A DNA stretch of 54,228 bases from positions 1-54,228 of the IMG/VR virus record IMGVR_UViG_3300045988_069299, one strand, 5' to 3'. The notes below the pieces were generated by a model. It worked only from the letters and a program-made list of their open reading frames with translations. It was not told the DNA's origin and did not search any database. Shown piece after piece: positions 40,414 to 49,539 of this stretch (position 1 is its first letter; each line of letters opens with the position of its first letter). The stretch is from a virus. The position numbers and the translations under genes are program-made.

Positions 40414-40812
40414 CTACAATTCCACATTATCAGAGATAAACTTTTCAAATTCTTTGCGCTTTATTAAACGTTTTTTTCCTACAAAAATTACAAAATTACA
40501 TCTTGGATTGTTGGAAATTTCTCTGATTTTATTTATTCCTATATTGCTGTATTCGGCAGCTTCATCAAGTGTTAGTGTTACTTTTTCCCATACAGGAACC
40601 GTTTTATTCATAACTTCTTCACCTCCGATTTTGTCTTTTATACTTTTTACTCTTCTGTTTACGGTTGCTATCGGAAGAAAAGTTTTTGCAGATATCTGTT
40701 CTAAACTCTTACCTCCTGCAAGCAACCAAAACACTTTTTCTTCCTCTTCCGTGAAATTGGCGTTCCGGAAGATTTCTTCAAGTTCTGGCTTAGTCAGTTT
40801 TGATAACTTCAT
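40414..40812 (-). CDS. fusion of a sigma/LuxR-type HTH domain and an excisionase-type HTH domain
   Basis: N-terminal half FTEEEEKVFWLLAGGKSLEQISAKTFLPIATVNRRVKSI. C-terminal half VTLTLDEAAEYSNIGINKIREISN...FVIFVGKKRLIKRKEFEKFI (Xis-like). An internal GGAGGTGAAGAAGTT then ATG could give a stand-alone Xis. Confidence 0.65.
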   Translation of the reverse strand: MKLSKLTKPELEEIFRNANFTEEEEKVFWLLAGGKSLEQISAKTFLPIATVNRRVKSIKDKIGGEEVMNKTVPVWEKVTLTLDEAAEYSNIGINKIREISNNPRCNFVIFVGKKRLIKRKEFEKFISDNVEL

Positions 40813-40840
40813 AAGCCATTCTCCTTATCTAAATTTCAGT

Positions 40841-41098
40841 TTACTTAAGTATTTCCACAGTGATTTTAACCCTATCACCGTTCGTAAAATCATAAGAGTT
40901 GGTATACCAATGCTTACCATTCTCTACCATATCCTTATGTATCTCGGTGATGTAATCAACTTCGGTCTCCTTGGTCTTTACCCTTGTATTAACTTCTTCC
41001 TGCATTGCTTTTTCCTCCAATTCTTCCGTACTATATTTTCGATAGCTGATTCCGTAATTTGTAAATCCACCGGACTGATATGTTATAAGTCGTGACAT
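40841..41098 (-). CDS. hypothetical protein (85 aa)
   Basis: Complete ORF upstream of xis-int. Confidence 0.55.
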   Translation of the reverse strand: MSRLITYQSGGFTNYGISYRKYSTEELEEKAMQEEVNTRVKTKETEVDYITEIHKDMVENGKHWYTNSYDFTNGDRVKITVEILK

Positions 41099-41250
41099 TT
41101 CATCCCTCTTTCTGTTTAGATGCTGCTTTCTTATCGCAAAAACAGCAAAACCGTCCTTCGTTTTTCGGCAGAAGGCTAAATATCGTGGTACCGTCTCAGA
41201 AGTTTATAAGGTCATCTTGAACGGTCAAACGGCTGACCCTCTATTTCAGT

Positions 41251-41766
41251 TTACTTCATAAAGAGCAACCACCTTGTCTTACCTCTCTGATCTCCCAACA
41301 AAGGTTTCTTCCCAAATGCTTTTAGCACTTCCGATAATTTGATCTGATCCTCATTCCATTTAAAAACAAGCAGTCCGTCCGCCTCCAGCACCCTCATACA
41401 CTCATCAAATCCGGTTTTCAGGTACGTTGGCCAATCTGCCGGAAGCACTCCGTATTTCTGCCGGAGCCATGACCCTGTACCGGCATGGATAAGATGCGGA
41501 GGATCAAATACCACGATCTTAAAACTGTTATCAGGGTACGGCATATCTCGGAAATCCATATGCACATCCGGTTTTACCAAAAGAGATCTACCGTCACACA
41601 AGGTTGTTTCTATCTCCCGATTATCCGCAAAAATGACATCCGGGTTCTGGCGGTCAAACCAAAACATCCTGCTACCGCAACAGGCATCCAGTATTTTTTC
41701 ATATTTTGTCTCTCTTTCATTTTTCATAACTAACAGATAAACCATATTTTCCTTTGTTTGCGACAT
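41251..41766 (-). CDS. SAM-dependent DNA methyltransferase (DPPH motif)
   Basis: ILDACCGSRMFWF (motif I-like) and IVVFDPPHL (motif IV). The start is uncertain (41766, 41745 or 41727). Confidence 0.7.
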   Translation of the reverse strand: MSQTKENMVYLLVMKNERETKYEKILDACCGSRMFWFDRQNPDVIFADNREIETTLCDGRSLLVKPDVHMDFRDMPYPDNSFKIVVFDPPHLIHAGTGSWLRQKYGVLPADWPTYLKTGFDECMRVLEADGLLVFKWNEDQIKLSEVLKAFGKKPLLGDQRGKTRWLLFMK

Positions 41767-41891
41767 TCACAACACCAATATTCATGATATGCTAATCCGA
41801 TTCTAAATCTTGTGTTATGAAACAAAACAAATCGCTCTGCCATACACACAGATTCAGGGTGATGTATTTTCAAACATCTTCTTTTTGTCAT
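41730..41891 (-). CDS. possible Cys/His-rich small protein (53 aa), not in ORF track
   Basis: GTGGAGAAATAAAA then ATG at 41891. MTKRRCLKIHHPESVC...YWCCECRKQRKIWFIC. Overlaps the annotated MTase N-terminus. Confidence 0.35.
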   Translation of the reverse strand: MTKRRCLKIHHPESVCMAERFVLFHNTRFRIGLAYHEYWCCECRKQRKIWFIC

Positions 41892-41911
41892 TTTTATTTC
41901 TCCACTAAATC

Positions 41912-42127
41912 CTAAACTATCTTCATTTTGCGTCGGAGACGATCTGCCCAGTACTCGGTTATCTTGTACTTAAGGCACTCGTCCCTCCACATCTCCCGTC
42001 CTGTCTTGCCATCCCAGTGAATGCAATCATCGCAGTTAAAGCACGGTTCATCCATCTCTCCCTGGCAATGGTCAAAACATTCTGCGCTATTAGCACAGTG
42101 CTCACAGATACACCCAATGCAGCTCAT
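41912..42127 (-). CDS. Cys-rich small protein (71 aa)
   Basis: 10 Cys, including CIGCICEHC and CFNCDDC. Confidence 0.6.
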   Translation of the reverse strand: MSCIGCICEHCANSAECFDHCQGEMDEPCFNCDDCIHWDGKTGREMWRDECLKYKITEYWADRLRRKMKIV

Positions 42128-42159
42128 GTCATTTCTCCGCTAAATCCTAAGTTACATAC

Positions 42160-42549
42160 TTAATTTCTCACCGTATTCAGGTACTCTTTGCATCTTTGAT
42201 ACACTTTCGGATCGAACTCTTTCCGCTCGTGCTCGTACGCACTGTATTCCGCAGGATCGCATCCGGCAATCTGTGCCATCTTAAACATGGACACTTTCGC
42301 ATCTCTTCTGAGTGCTGCAATATAGCCTGCGTACATATCCTTGTCACCGTTGGCTAACTGTATTCTTGCCATTTCCTGAATATCTTTCGATGCAGATGCT
42401 TCCATTATTTGCTTTATTTCACATTCTTCGTTGTGGCAACCATAAAGGCAACCGTGGATTCCATTCTTGCCATCGAAAAAGCCAACCACATATTTCGTTG
42501 GTTCCTTGCAATCATTACATTTTGCATTTATAACCATAATTTTCACCAC
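42160..42549 (-). CDS. hypothetical protein with zinc-ribbon N-terminus and HTH-like C-terminus (129 aa)
   Basis: CNDC...CHNEEC, and VSMFKMAQIAGCDPAEYSAYEH. Confidence 0.6.
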   Translation of the reverse strand: MVKIMVINAKCNDCKEPTKYVVGFFDGKNGIHGCLYGCHNEECEIKQIMEASASKDIQEMARIQLANGDKDMYAGYIAALRRDAKVSMFKMAQIAGCDPAEYSAYEHERKEFDPKVYQRCKEYLNTVRN

Positions 42550-42731
42550 CTTTTAACTTGCCGAACTACCGAATTTTCCTCGGTAGTTCAATTTCTCCCC
42601 CGTGTTACCGGGGAATTTTAACTTGCTTTTGAGTTATCGAGTGGGAACTAAAATAGAAACTCAAATTTTTTAGTTCCTGATTTCACTTACTCTGCATATA
42701 GCAAAGTTGTTAACAATCAGTTCTCCGTTAA

Positions 42732-43409
42732 TCATGGCATCACCTCCGGCATAAAATCAGATAATCGCATTTGTGCCATTTCTGCATCTAATCTCTTTTT
42801 GGACAAATCATAATAATGCTTGTCCAGTTCAAAGCCAACATATGGATGGTTGGTTCTGTAGCAGGCTATCAAGCTACTAGCACTTCCTACATGTGTGTCA
42901 AGGATAATGTCTCCGGGCTTTGCATAGCGGTTTAGGAGCCATTCATATAGTGCTACCGGTTTTTGTGTAGGATGAATACGGTTTTCTTTGTGTTTCATAT
43001 TTTGCTGAAGCATTCCGTTCCACCTATATTTAATCTTCCTTACTGCAGTACTGAACGAAGTCCATGCAAGTTCACAATCAGCAAAATCAGTATTTCCATT
43101 ATCTTTATCCCAAACAATCCAACAACTACTATCAAACGGCATTTTGCTTATAAAATGATTTGCCCCAAAAATAATCTGATTTTTTGACACTCTAAACAGT
43201 TCATCGAAATATTTTTCGTTTGGTGGATTTATATCCATTCCGCTAAAACTCTTGTAATCCTTTACTTTTGCCAGTCTACCTCTTGTATGGTTTTTATCCC
43301 CATTTTCTCCAATCCCATACGGTGGATCCACAATCGCAAGGTCAAAGTAACCATCCGGGAACTCTTTCATCCCATCCATGCAATCCATGTTGTAATATCC
43401 AAAATCCAT
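42732..43409 (-). CDS. N6-adenine/N4-cytosine DNA methyltransferase (beta class)
   Basis: DLAIVDPPYGIG (motif IV) precedes HPTQKPVALYEWLL and ILDTHVGSASS (motif I). This is the circularly permuted beta order. Confidence 0.9.
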   Translation of the reverse strand: MDFGYYNMDCMDGMKEFPDGYFDLAIVDPPYGIGENGDKNHTRGRLAKVKDYKSFSGMDINPPNEKYFDELFRVSKNQIIFGANHFISKMPFDSSCWIVWDKDNGNTDFADCELAWTSFSTAVRKIKYRWNGMLQQNMKHKENRIHPTQKPVALYEWLLNRYAKPGDIILDTHVGSASSLIACYRTNHPYVGFELDKHYYDLSKKRLDAEMAQMRLSDFMPEVMP

Positions 43410-43424
43410 TACGGCTCCTTTCTC

Positions 43425-44168
43425 TTATTTCTGTGCTAAATAGCACATGATTCCACAATCCGGGAATATTTCTGTGTTCATGTCTCCACGGTTGGGATCC
43501 AGTTCGTCAAGATATAACGGCGTCCCGTCACTCTCTTTCAGAATGGAGTACCCAACCAGTCGTTCCAACTGTGCCCGGCTCTCAAACACTTCCGGGAAGT
43601 CCTTGCGGATCCTGTTCCAATATCCCATACCACCCTTGAAACATCCGATGCAGTTATTGTTCGGATATCCCAGGTCATACATCTTCGGTCGGGGGAAATC
43701 GAACGTCCGCTCAAACAGTCCGTGAACCTCTTCCTTTGACAGATTCCGGTCGATCAGTGGAAATTCATGCTCAGCTTGTGGATTAGATTCTACCGTCCGC
43801 TCTGCCCGGTTGCGCTCTCGCAGGTCGAACCCCCACACATATGTCAGGTCGTATTGCTTATGTTCCTGCTCCCATTGCTTACGTACACGCTTTTTCAGCC
43901 AGTTCGTACATGGGGCAAATCCGTTGCCTGCGCTGCGGAATCCTCCGAACGCTCGGACACATTCTTCCACACATCCATATTCCGTAGATCTAAGTACCTC
44001 AATTTCTTTTCCGATTGCCTTTTCGCAATCTCTGATAAATCTCATGCTATCCTCATGTTGATCGGCAATGTCAATGTAAATCCACTTATCAACATCTCCT
44101 GCAAGGTATCCAGCCATAAAGGATGATACTCCTGCGCTGATCCAACATACCTTTAGCTTTTCTGCCAT
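43425..44168 (-). CDS. PAPS-reductase-like PP-loop ATP pyrophosphatase family protein
   Basis: N-terminal VCWISAGVSS (a variant of the SGG.DS PP-loop). C-terminal Cys pairs NNCIGC and CGIMC. Confidence 0.7.
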   Translation of the reverse strand: MAEKLKVCWISAGVSSFMAGYLAGDVDKWIYIDIADQHEDSMRFIRDCEKAIGKEIEVLRSTEYGCVEECVRAFGGFRSAGNGFAPCTNWLKKRVRKQWEQEHKQYDLTYVWGFDLRERNRAERTVESNPQAEHEFPLIDRNLSKEEVHGLFERTFDFPRPKMYDLGYPNNNCIGCFKGGMGYWNRIRKDFPEVFESRAQLERLVGYSILKESDGTPLYLDELDPNRGDMNTEIFPDCGIMCYLAQK

Positions 44169-44313
44169 AACACCACGCTACAAATGCTGTATCGTGGATC
44201 ACCATTCGTTTGCTCTACATACGCTTATCAATAAGCCTTATAGCCACGGTGTTGTAATTTTTCGGTACGCCACCCCTATTCACTGCGCACCAACCCGGTT
44301 TACCGGGCATTCG

Positions 44314-44535
44314 TTATTCCTTTCCTACAATCGTTTCTGCCTGCTCCTTGTACATCCTGCCCGCCATCTGCACCAGATAGTGCTGTAAGGCTTCATCCAC
44401 GCTGACACGATGCTTGGTACAGTAGCGGTCAACGTACCGCTTAAAGTCGTTATTTTTTTGATAAAGTACTTCATATTCATCAAACTTAACCTCGATATTT
44501 TCAATGTTGGTACAATCAACTCGTTCCATCTGCAT
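44314..44535 (-). CDS. hypothetical protein (73 aa)
   Basis: ATG 44535 overlaps the upstream stop (TGATG). Confidence 0.55.
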   Translation of the reverse strand: MQMERVDCTNIENIEVKFDEYEVLYQKNNDFKRYVDRYCTKHRVSVDEALQHYLVQMAGRMYKEQAETIVGKE

Positions 44536-45230
44536 CACACTCCTTCCGGCTTCTCGCACCGTTCAAATTCGATAACCCACACCCACGGATTAGCGCCCCA
44601 ACCGTAGCGGTCAATGTCGGATTTCTTGATGGTTGATTCCCACAGCCAAGCAAATTGCTCCTTTGCAATCCCATACTCTGGATCTACTTCTGTTCCATAA
44701 TTTTTTTCACTGTACCCTATATCTTCGTAGAAAAGATTTCCAACGCCTTCATTTTCAGAGTCCTTTGGTGTAATCTCCCGTAACCGCTCCACTCTTACAT
44801 CCGTAACCTTAAGCCAGATCCGCGCCGCTTCTTTCGGCATGTGGATTGATGGACGCTTAGCCCAACTATAATTCCACCCCGTTTCTGGCTTTTCGTCCGA
44901 TGCAACGTACTTAAACTCGTTATACCATGACGGTTTTGTATCTCCGTCAATATCCAAATAATACCCTATTTTCTGCCATACAGTTTCTCGAACATACAGG
45001 ATATCACCCGGACAGATAGGACAGGTTCTCTCCGCTGTACTTAACTGTTCCATATGCTCCTTATCAGCAAAGTTATGTACTGCATAAGTTCTCTTGTCGG
45101 CATTGTAAAATTCCATATCCGGCACGGTATACTCATTTGCATCTTTGCATATACGACGGGTGCAGGTCTTCCGCCCATCCAGAATCGCCCGAACCATTTC
45201 TGTATTGAATAAAATCGGTTTAATTGCCAT
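44535..45230 (-). CDS. ASCH domain protein
   Basis: KPILFNTEMVRAILDGRKTCTRR ... RPSIHMPKEAARIWLKVTDVRVERL is the typical phage ASCH pattern. Confidence 0.75.
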   Translation of the reverse strand: MAIKPILFNTEMVRAILDGRKTCTRRICKDANEYTVPDMEFYNADKRTYAVHNFADKEHMEQLSTAERTCPICPGDILYVRETVWQKIGYYLDIDGDTKPSWYNEFKYVASDEKPETGWNYSWAKRPSIHMPKEAARIWLKVTDVRVERLREITPKDSENEGVGNLFYEDIGYSEKNYGTEVDPEYGIAKEQFAWLWESTIKKSDIDRYGWGANPWVWVIEFERCEKPEGV

Positions 45231-45486
45231 CTACTCCACCTCCGTTCACGATTGTAATTGCTTCATCCATTGCCCTGTTCCATTCCAAGTCTTCATCAGT
45301 TCGCACGACTCTGAACTTGTCGTTTAACTGATCTACAACCTTGTCCGGGTCGTAGGCGGTCGGCTCATCATTAACAGCATCAACCATCATATCTAAATCT
45401 GATGTATTTCTGCGTAATTTCTTCCGCAACTCTATCGCCGAGTTGAGAAGAAACAACAAATGATCCGCATCAATCAGTCTTCCCAT
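45220..45486 (-). CDS. hypothetical protein (88 aa)
   Basis: ATG 45486 behind GAGGAGGGCGAACG. Confidence 0.55.
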   Translation of the reverse strand: MGRLIDADHLLFLLNSAIELRKKLRRNTSDLDMMVDAVNDEPTAYDPDKVVDQLNDKFRVVRTDEDLEWNRAMDEAITIVNGGGVDGN

Positions 45487-45500
45487 CGTTCGCCCTCCTC

Positions 45501-45785
45501 TCAATACACTTTCTGCCCGCACCCACAATATCCCGGATAAGGCATTAGGTTATGACACTTTGGGCAGAAGTATTTTCCTTCAATGAGTTCTCTTGAAATC
45601 GCTGTCTGCTTCTCCACAGCTTCACGGCATACCTCCACCGTGCCGATCTGGCGGTACTGCTGCACCTCTTCCAGTGCCTTGATTGCCATTTCCAAATCTT
45701 TCATTCCACATTCCGCGGATACCTGTCCCGCCGTATGCATTCGATACTTAATTCTTTTACATGCTTCATTCTCCGTCATATCCAC
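45501..45785 (-). CDS. hypothetical protein (94 aa)
   Basis: Complete ORF. C-terminal CPKC...CGC. Confidence 0.6.
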   Translation of the reverse strand: MDMTENEACKRIKYRMHTAGQVSAECGMKDLEMAIKALEEVQQYRQIGTVEVCREAVEKQTAISRELIEGKYFCPKCHNLMPYPGYCGCGQKVY

Positions 45786-45791
45786 TCCTCC

Positions 45792-45995
45792 TTAACTCCA
45801 TTTAAAATCCTCACAAGGTCTCATTCTCCGCTGATTCTTACCCCTTTTATTGCATATTCCCCAACCACCGTAATGACAATCTTCGCAGGTAATCGGATAT
45901 TGATTTAAATTTTCCTCAATACATTTCTTGCACTGGTAAGAATTTTGATTATACACATACCGACAATTACGATTCTTGCGTTTGCATGTCGCCAT
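45792..45995 (-). CDS. Cys-rich small protein (67 aa)
   Basis: ATG 45995 behind TTGGAGGAGTAAT. Confidence 0.55.
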   Translation of the reverse strand: MATCKRKNRNCRYVYNQNSYQCKKCIEENLNQYPITCEDCHYGGWGICNKRGKNQRRMRPCEDFKWS

Positions 45996-45996
45996 A

Positions 45997-46455
45997 TTAC
46001 TCCTCCAACAGTTCCTGATTGTCAAACTTGTTACCGAGAACCTCATAATCAAAACCACTCATAGAAATATCATCTGTGCACTCATCAAGTGTCATTTGGA
46101 AATTGCAGCACAGAGCTCTCACATCGAATCTTGCCTTGCACTCATTCCACAGAACCAAACATCTGTAAAATGCCGCTCCACGCTTAATACTGCCATTTAC
46201 AATATCATTCTCCCAAATCACCCTGCCGTTCTTGTCCTTAAGTCCGGTACACTGGCAGATGGTGGATGGTGCTACCTCAAATGCCACAAACTGCAAACAC
46301 CCTTCTTCTCCGACCTTATCACTCTCATTTACCGAGTTACCAACTGCATGAATAAATACTTGCCCTGTTACACCATCATCAATACAATTTCCAACAACCC
46401 ACTCTCCGTTATCAATCCGCTTTCCACGGAATAAATATCTATCCTGCATCTTCAT
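45997..46455 (-). CDS. YopX family protein
   Basis: YLFRGKRIDNGEWVVGN...CTGLKDKNGRVIWENDIV matches the YopX pattern. ATGA coupling at 46455. Confidence 0.75.
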   Translation of the reverse strand: MKMQDRYLFRGKRIDNGEWVVGNCIDDGVTGQVFIHAVGNSVNESDKVGEEGCLQFVAFEVAPSTICQCTGLKDKNGRVIWENDIVNGSIKRGAAFYRCLVLWNECKARFDVRALCCNFQMTLDECTDDISMSGFDYEVLGNKFDNQELLEE

Positions 46456-46724
46456 TCCTCGCTTTCTTTCTGTAACCATGACAATGTACAATCCTTACAT
46501 ACCTTGTCACTTTTTAATAAATTCCGCAGGACACATAATAGCGCCATTGCCAGTTCCTCGCCCGTCATGCTCCTGATCCGGTCTGCGTTGGTCATAGGTG
46601 CGTAGTGCTCGCAATCTCTTTCTATGTCCTCATGCGGACAGTCGTTGATTTTCTCGCACCATGAGTACGCATCAAACCCGTTATCCTTTGTTCCTAAATT
46701 CTTGAAGTTATTACATTTCACCAT
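46452..46724 (-). CDS. hypothetical protein (90 aa)
   Basis: Complete ORF. Confidence 0.6.
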   Translation of the reverse strand: MVKCNNFKNLGTKDNGFDAYSWCEKINDCPHEDIERDCEHYAPMTNADRIRSMTGEELAMALLCVLRNLLKSDKVCKDCTLSWLQKESEE

Positions 46725-46731
46725 CTTCTAC

Positions 46732-46959
46732 CTACTTTTCTTGCAAAAATCTCTTGATGACATCAATATCTCTGTCCAGCACGCTTAAATGCTCTTTGTT
46801 CATTTTTTGATAGACAATCAAGGGATTCTGTCTTCCTGCCTTTTTCGCTCTTAATACTTCCCATATACCTTTCGGTTCTTCAATCGTCCATCCGGTTTTG
46901 ATAAGCCATTTGCGAAAAGCATCCAATTTGTTGCTATGCAGTGTGTTCCTATTTGCCAT
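46732..46959 (-). CDS. hypothetical protein (75 aa)
   Basis: ATG 46959 behind GTGAGGGAGAAT. Confidence 0.55.
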   Translation of the reverse strand: MANRNTLHSNKLDAFRKWLIKTGWTIEEPKGIWEVLRAKKAGRQNPLIVYQKMNKEHLSVLDRDIDVIKRFLQEK

Positions 46960-47422
46960 ATTCTCCCTCACTTTCCCGGTACGGTTCCGGCAGTGGCATC
47001 CACGCAATAACTTCAAATGGAATTTTCTCTCCGTCTGCATTGTTCCATCCGTGACCGTCATATCCGACAAAATACGGAAGTATATTTTCAAAATCCGTTT
47101 GTGTTGACGGCTCACAATCCATAACAGTTACCAAACATCCATATGATTCTTCCGGCAGTCTCTCGCTTACTGGAATCCAACCAGCAACGCTTTTTCTTTC
47201 ACTAACAACCTCAAAGCATTTATCTTTCCATTCCAATACAAAATCAAGGTTATACGAACTGTATCCAATGTGGTAATAGTCCTCTCCGACTTCTTTGTAT
47301 TTGATTCCGTAATAAGGTTTTTCGCTTATCATATTCACAATGATATCTAATTCGCTAACTTTAATACGTTCTGTTTGTTTATTACTCGTATCTTGCATAT
47401 AATCAGCTTCTTCTCTCTTCAT
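46949..47422 (-). CDS. DUF551-like protein
   Basis: WIPVSERLPEE...VIAWMPLPEPY is the recalled DUF551 signature. Confidence 0.65.
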   Translation of the reverse strand: MKREEADYMQDTSNKQTERIKVSELDIIVNMISEKPYYGIKYKEVGEDYYHIGYSSYNLDFVLEWKDKCFEVVSERKSVAGWIPVSERLPEESYGCLVTVMDCEPSTQTDFENILPYFVGYDGHGWNNADGEKIPFEVIAWMPLPEPYRESEGEYGK

Positions 47423-47886
47423 TCCGCACCTTCTATTTCTGCCAGTTTGGCTTCGGCTTCCTCTTTTGTGAAGAATACTGTTTTGCCAATTTCACCTACT
47501 TCTGCATCGATTGTATTTGTACACCAATCTGTAGGGTCTAAATCGTATTCAGGAATAGGTCTTCTGTACGGGAAAATATCTTCATCTGTCGCAAGCGCAA
47601 TATATGCTTTTCTGTCAACAGGATTTATACCTAATCCGCAATGAGTGCACTCAACCACTTCATAATCATAAATAAGATATACTATGTCTCCTGATTTTGT
47701 GTACACTTCTTTACACGGCAACCGCAAGAGCAATCCCTGCTCTTCGGCATCCTCATAATCTGCTAATTTTGTAAGTACTTTTGATGCATAATCACTTACC
47801 GTAGGATATCCTTCTCTGTCTATCATTGACTTTTTGCTTATAGCAGTTCCATTAAAATTTCTTTTTCTTTCTGTCAGTCTTTCCAT
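47419..47886 (-). CDS. hypothetical protein (155 aa)
   Basis: ATG 47886 behind GGAAAGGAGCAAGA. Confidence 0.6.
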   Translation of the reverse strand: MERLTERKRNFNGTAISKKSMIDREGYPTVSDYASKVLTKLADYEDAEEQGLLLRLPCKEVYTKSGDIVYLIYDYEVVECTHCGLGINPVDRKAYIALATDEDIFPYRRPIPEYDLDPTDWCTNTIDAEVGEIGKTVFFTKEEAEAKLAEIEGAE

Positions 47887-48036
47887 TCTTGCTCCTTTCC
47901 GCAATCCTCGGCTTGCTCTCCATCACAGGGTAGCTGCAGTCATACGGTTTTGCCCGTCCGATTCTAATATCATCAGCAACCGGATGTGTAGCCATGTATA
48001 GTAAGTCACCGTTCTGAAAGTTTCATGTTCCCTCTC

Positions 48037-48339
48037 TCATACAGCTACACTCCTTTTTCCGTATGTACTTGCGATTCTGTATACATTGCAAATTTCTCTG
48101 TAATATATTTCCTGTGCATGGATATGAGCATCCACACGGTCAAGTTCCGTCTCACACCACTTTGCAAATTCTTCTGTGGACAATGGTGTCTCCAAATTTT
48201 CAAATTTTTCTCTGTTGTCAATCACAAAACACACCATGTCAACCGGAATGTGGTTCAAATCTGCAAGAATCTGAATCTGTTTATCCTTGTCCTCTGCTTT
48301 TTCATAATTCGCCAACAATTCATAACCTGTCATCTGCAT
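48037..48339 (-). CDS. hypothetical protein (100 aa)
   Basis: Complete ORF. Confidence 0.6.
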   Translation of the reverse strand: MQMTGYELLANYEKAEDKDKQIQILADLNHIPVDMVCFVIDNREKFENLETPLSTEEFAKWCETELDRVDAHIHAQEIYYREICNVYRIASTYGKRSVAV

Positions 48340-48344
48340 CTATA

Positions 48345-48767
48345 TCACCTCTTATCAAGTTTGATTTCTTTGTCGTAGCAATTTTTCTTTGGATTTCCCT
48401 CTACTGGGGAAACCATCTTTTTAGGGTCTGTAGTGTATGATCCGTTTAGTTTCACACCTATTTTGCTTTTTTCATCCACATAGCATGACGGCTTGTAACG
48501 ATCCGGTGGAATGTAGTTGTGAATGCGCCAGTGCTTCACCAACACGACACCACTGTCGAAAGATAAAAGGAATCTGCTGTCTATCAGTATCTTCAAATCA
48601 TCATCAGATGCACCACACATCCTTATGATTTTCCGTGGATTGTTCACAAATCCGTCATCATCCGTGTTCATGCAGATGTGAAAATAAAGCATTTGAGCCG
48701 TAGCAGGAATATCCAAAAAAGCATCACTCTCAATTATTTTTGCGCTGAACATTCTTTTTTCTGCCAT
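48345..48767 (-). CDS. phage replisome organizer (N-terminal domain)
   Basis: ATG 48767 behind AAGGAG. MFSAKIIESDAFLDIPATAQMLYFHICMNTDDDGFVNNPRKIIRMCGASDDDLKILI...VKHWRIHNYI matches the recalled replisome-organizer N-domain pattern. Confidence 0.75.
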   Translation of the reverse strand: MAEKRMFSAKIIESDAFLDIPATAQMLYFHICMNTDDDGFVNNPRKIIRMCGASDDDLKILIDSRFLLSFDSGVVLVKHWRIHNYIPPDRYKPSCYVDEKSKIGVKLNGSYTTDPKKMVSPVEGNPKKNCYDKEIKLDKR

Positions 48768-48777
48768 ATAGAACTCC

Positions 48778-49341
48778 TTACTCAAAAATAGGCTTCTCAA
48801 TATAGATCCCGGTATTTTCCACCAGTTCTCTCCATAAATCCATGAAATCCTTTCCGTTGCACTTGTCTCCAGCTTTGTCCATGTGGTCAGAAAACTTATC
48901 CTTGAAATTCGTCAGCTTCTTCTTACCGAATCCATCTTCCATAAGGATCACCATTCCATATAGGATGTACCTTGTGGACAACTCATTGATAAGGTTGTTA
49001 CATCTGACCTGTTCCTGGATGCATTTCTGCGCTACAACCGACTTGTAATGTGGATAATCAGCTTCGGTAAATTCCTTGTACTCAATCGTCCAGTCTGCAA
49101 AATCGTTAAGCCTGTTCTGCAGCTCCGTATAAGGCTCATTCTCGTACTTTTCGTTGTACTCGGTGAATTTACCACAGAAGTCGGAAAGTCTCGTCTGTGA
49201 GTACTTGTAGTCTTTCCACAGGGTATAGCAGAACAGTGTCAGTATTCCGGTGAATGGACTTCTCTCCGCAGACTGTTTCAAAAGTTCTGTCTGCCGCATG
49301 ATTTTCAAAATTTCCTGCGGATTGTCATATCGTTTTGGCAT
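48778..49341 (-). CDS. hypothetical protein (187 aa)
   Basis: Complete ORF upstream of the replisome organizer. Confidence 0.65.
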   Translation of the reverse strand: MPKRYDNPQEILKIMRQTELLKQSAERSPFTGILTLFCYTLWKDYKYSQTRLSDFCGKFTEYNEKYENEPYTELQNRLNDFADWTIEYKEFTEADYPHYKSVVAQKCIQEQVRCNNLINELSTRYILYGMVILMEDGFGKKKLTNFKDKFSDHMDKAGDKCNGKDFMDLWRELVENTGIYIEKPIFE

Positions 49342-49347
49342 TTTATG

Positions 49348-49539
49348 TTACCTCTTTTCAAATTCTGACTCTTTCCTTTTGCAATGAGTAGCACCGTATT
49401 CTGATTTTCCTACATATTCGTAGCAATCAACACATTTCCATCTACCACTTTGATACGGTTTGTGAGTACGTCCGTTGATTGAGTGCATTGTGTTTGGGTA
49501 CTCATTCCAACAGCTACAATCGTAATTTTTTTCGCTCAT
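49348..49539 (-). CDS. Cys-rich small protein (63 aa)
   Basis: Complete ORF with a 4-nt overlap. Confidence 0.55.
   Translation of the reverse strand: MSEKNYDCSCWNEYPNTMHSINGRTHKPYQSGRWKCVDCYEYVGKSEYGATHCKRKESEFEKR

Noticed and set aside
40376-41095. 239-aa plus-strand ORF
   Set aside because: It is antisense to the xis-like gene and the 85-aa gene, both of which have recognisable motifs and RBSs. It has no RBS and a low-complexity translation.
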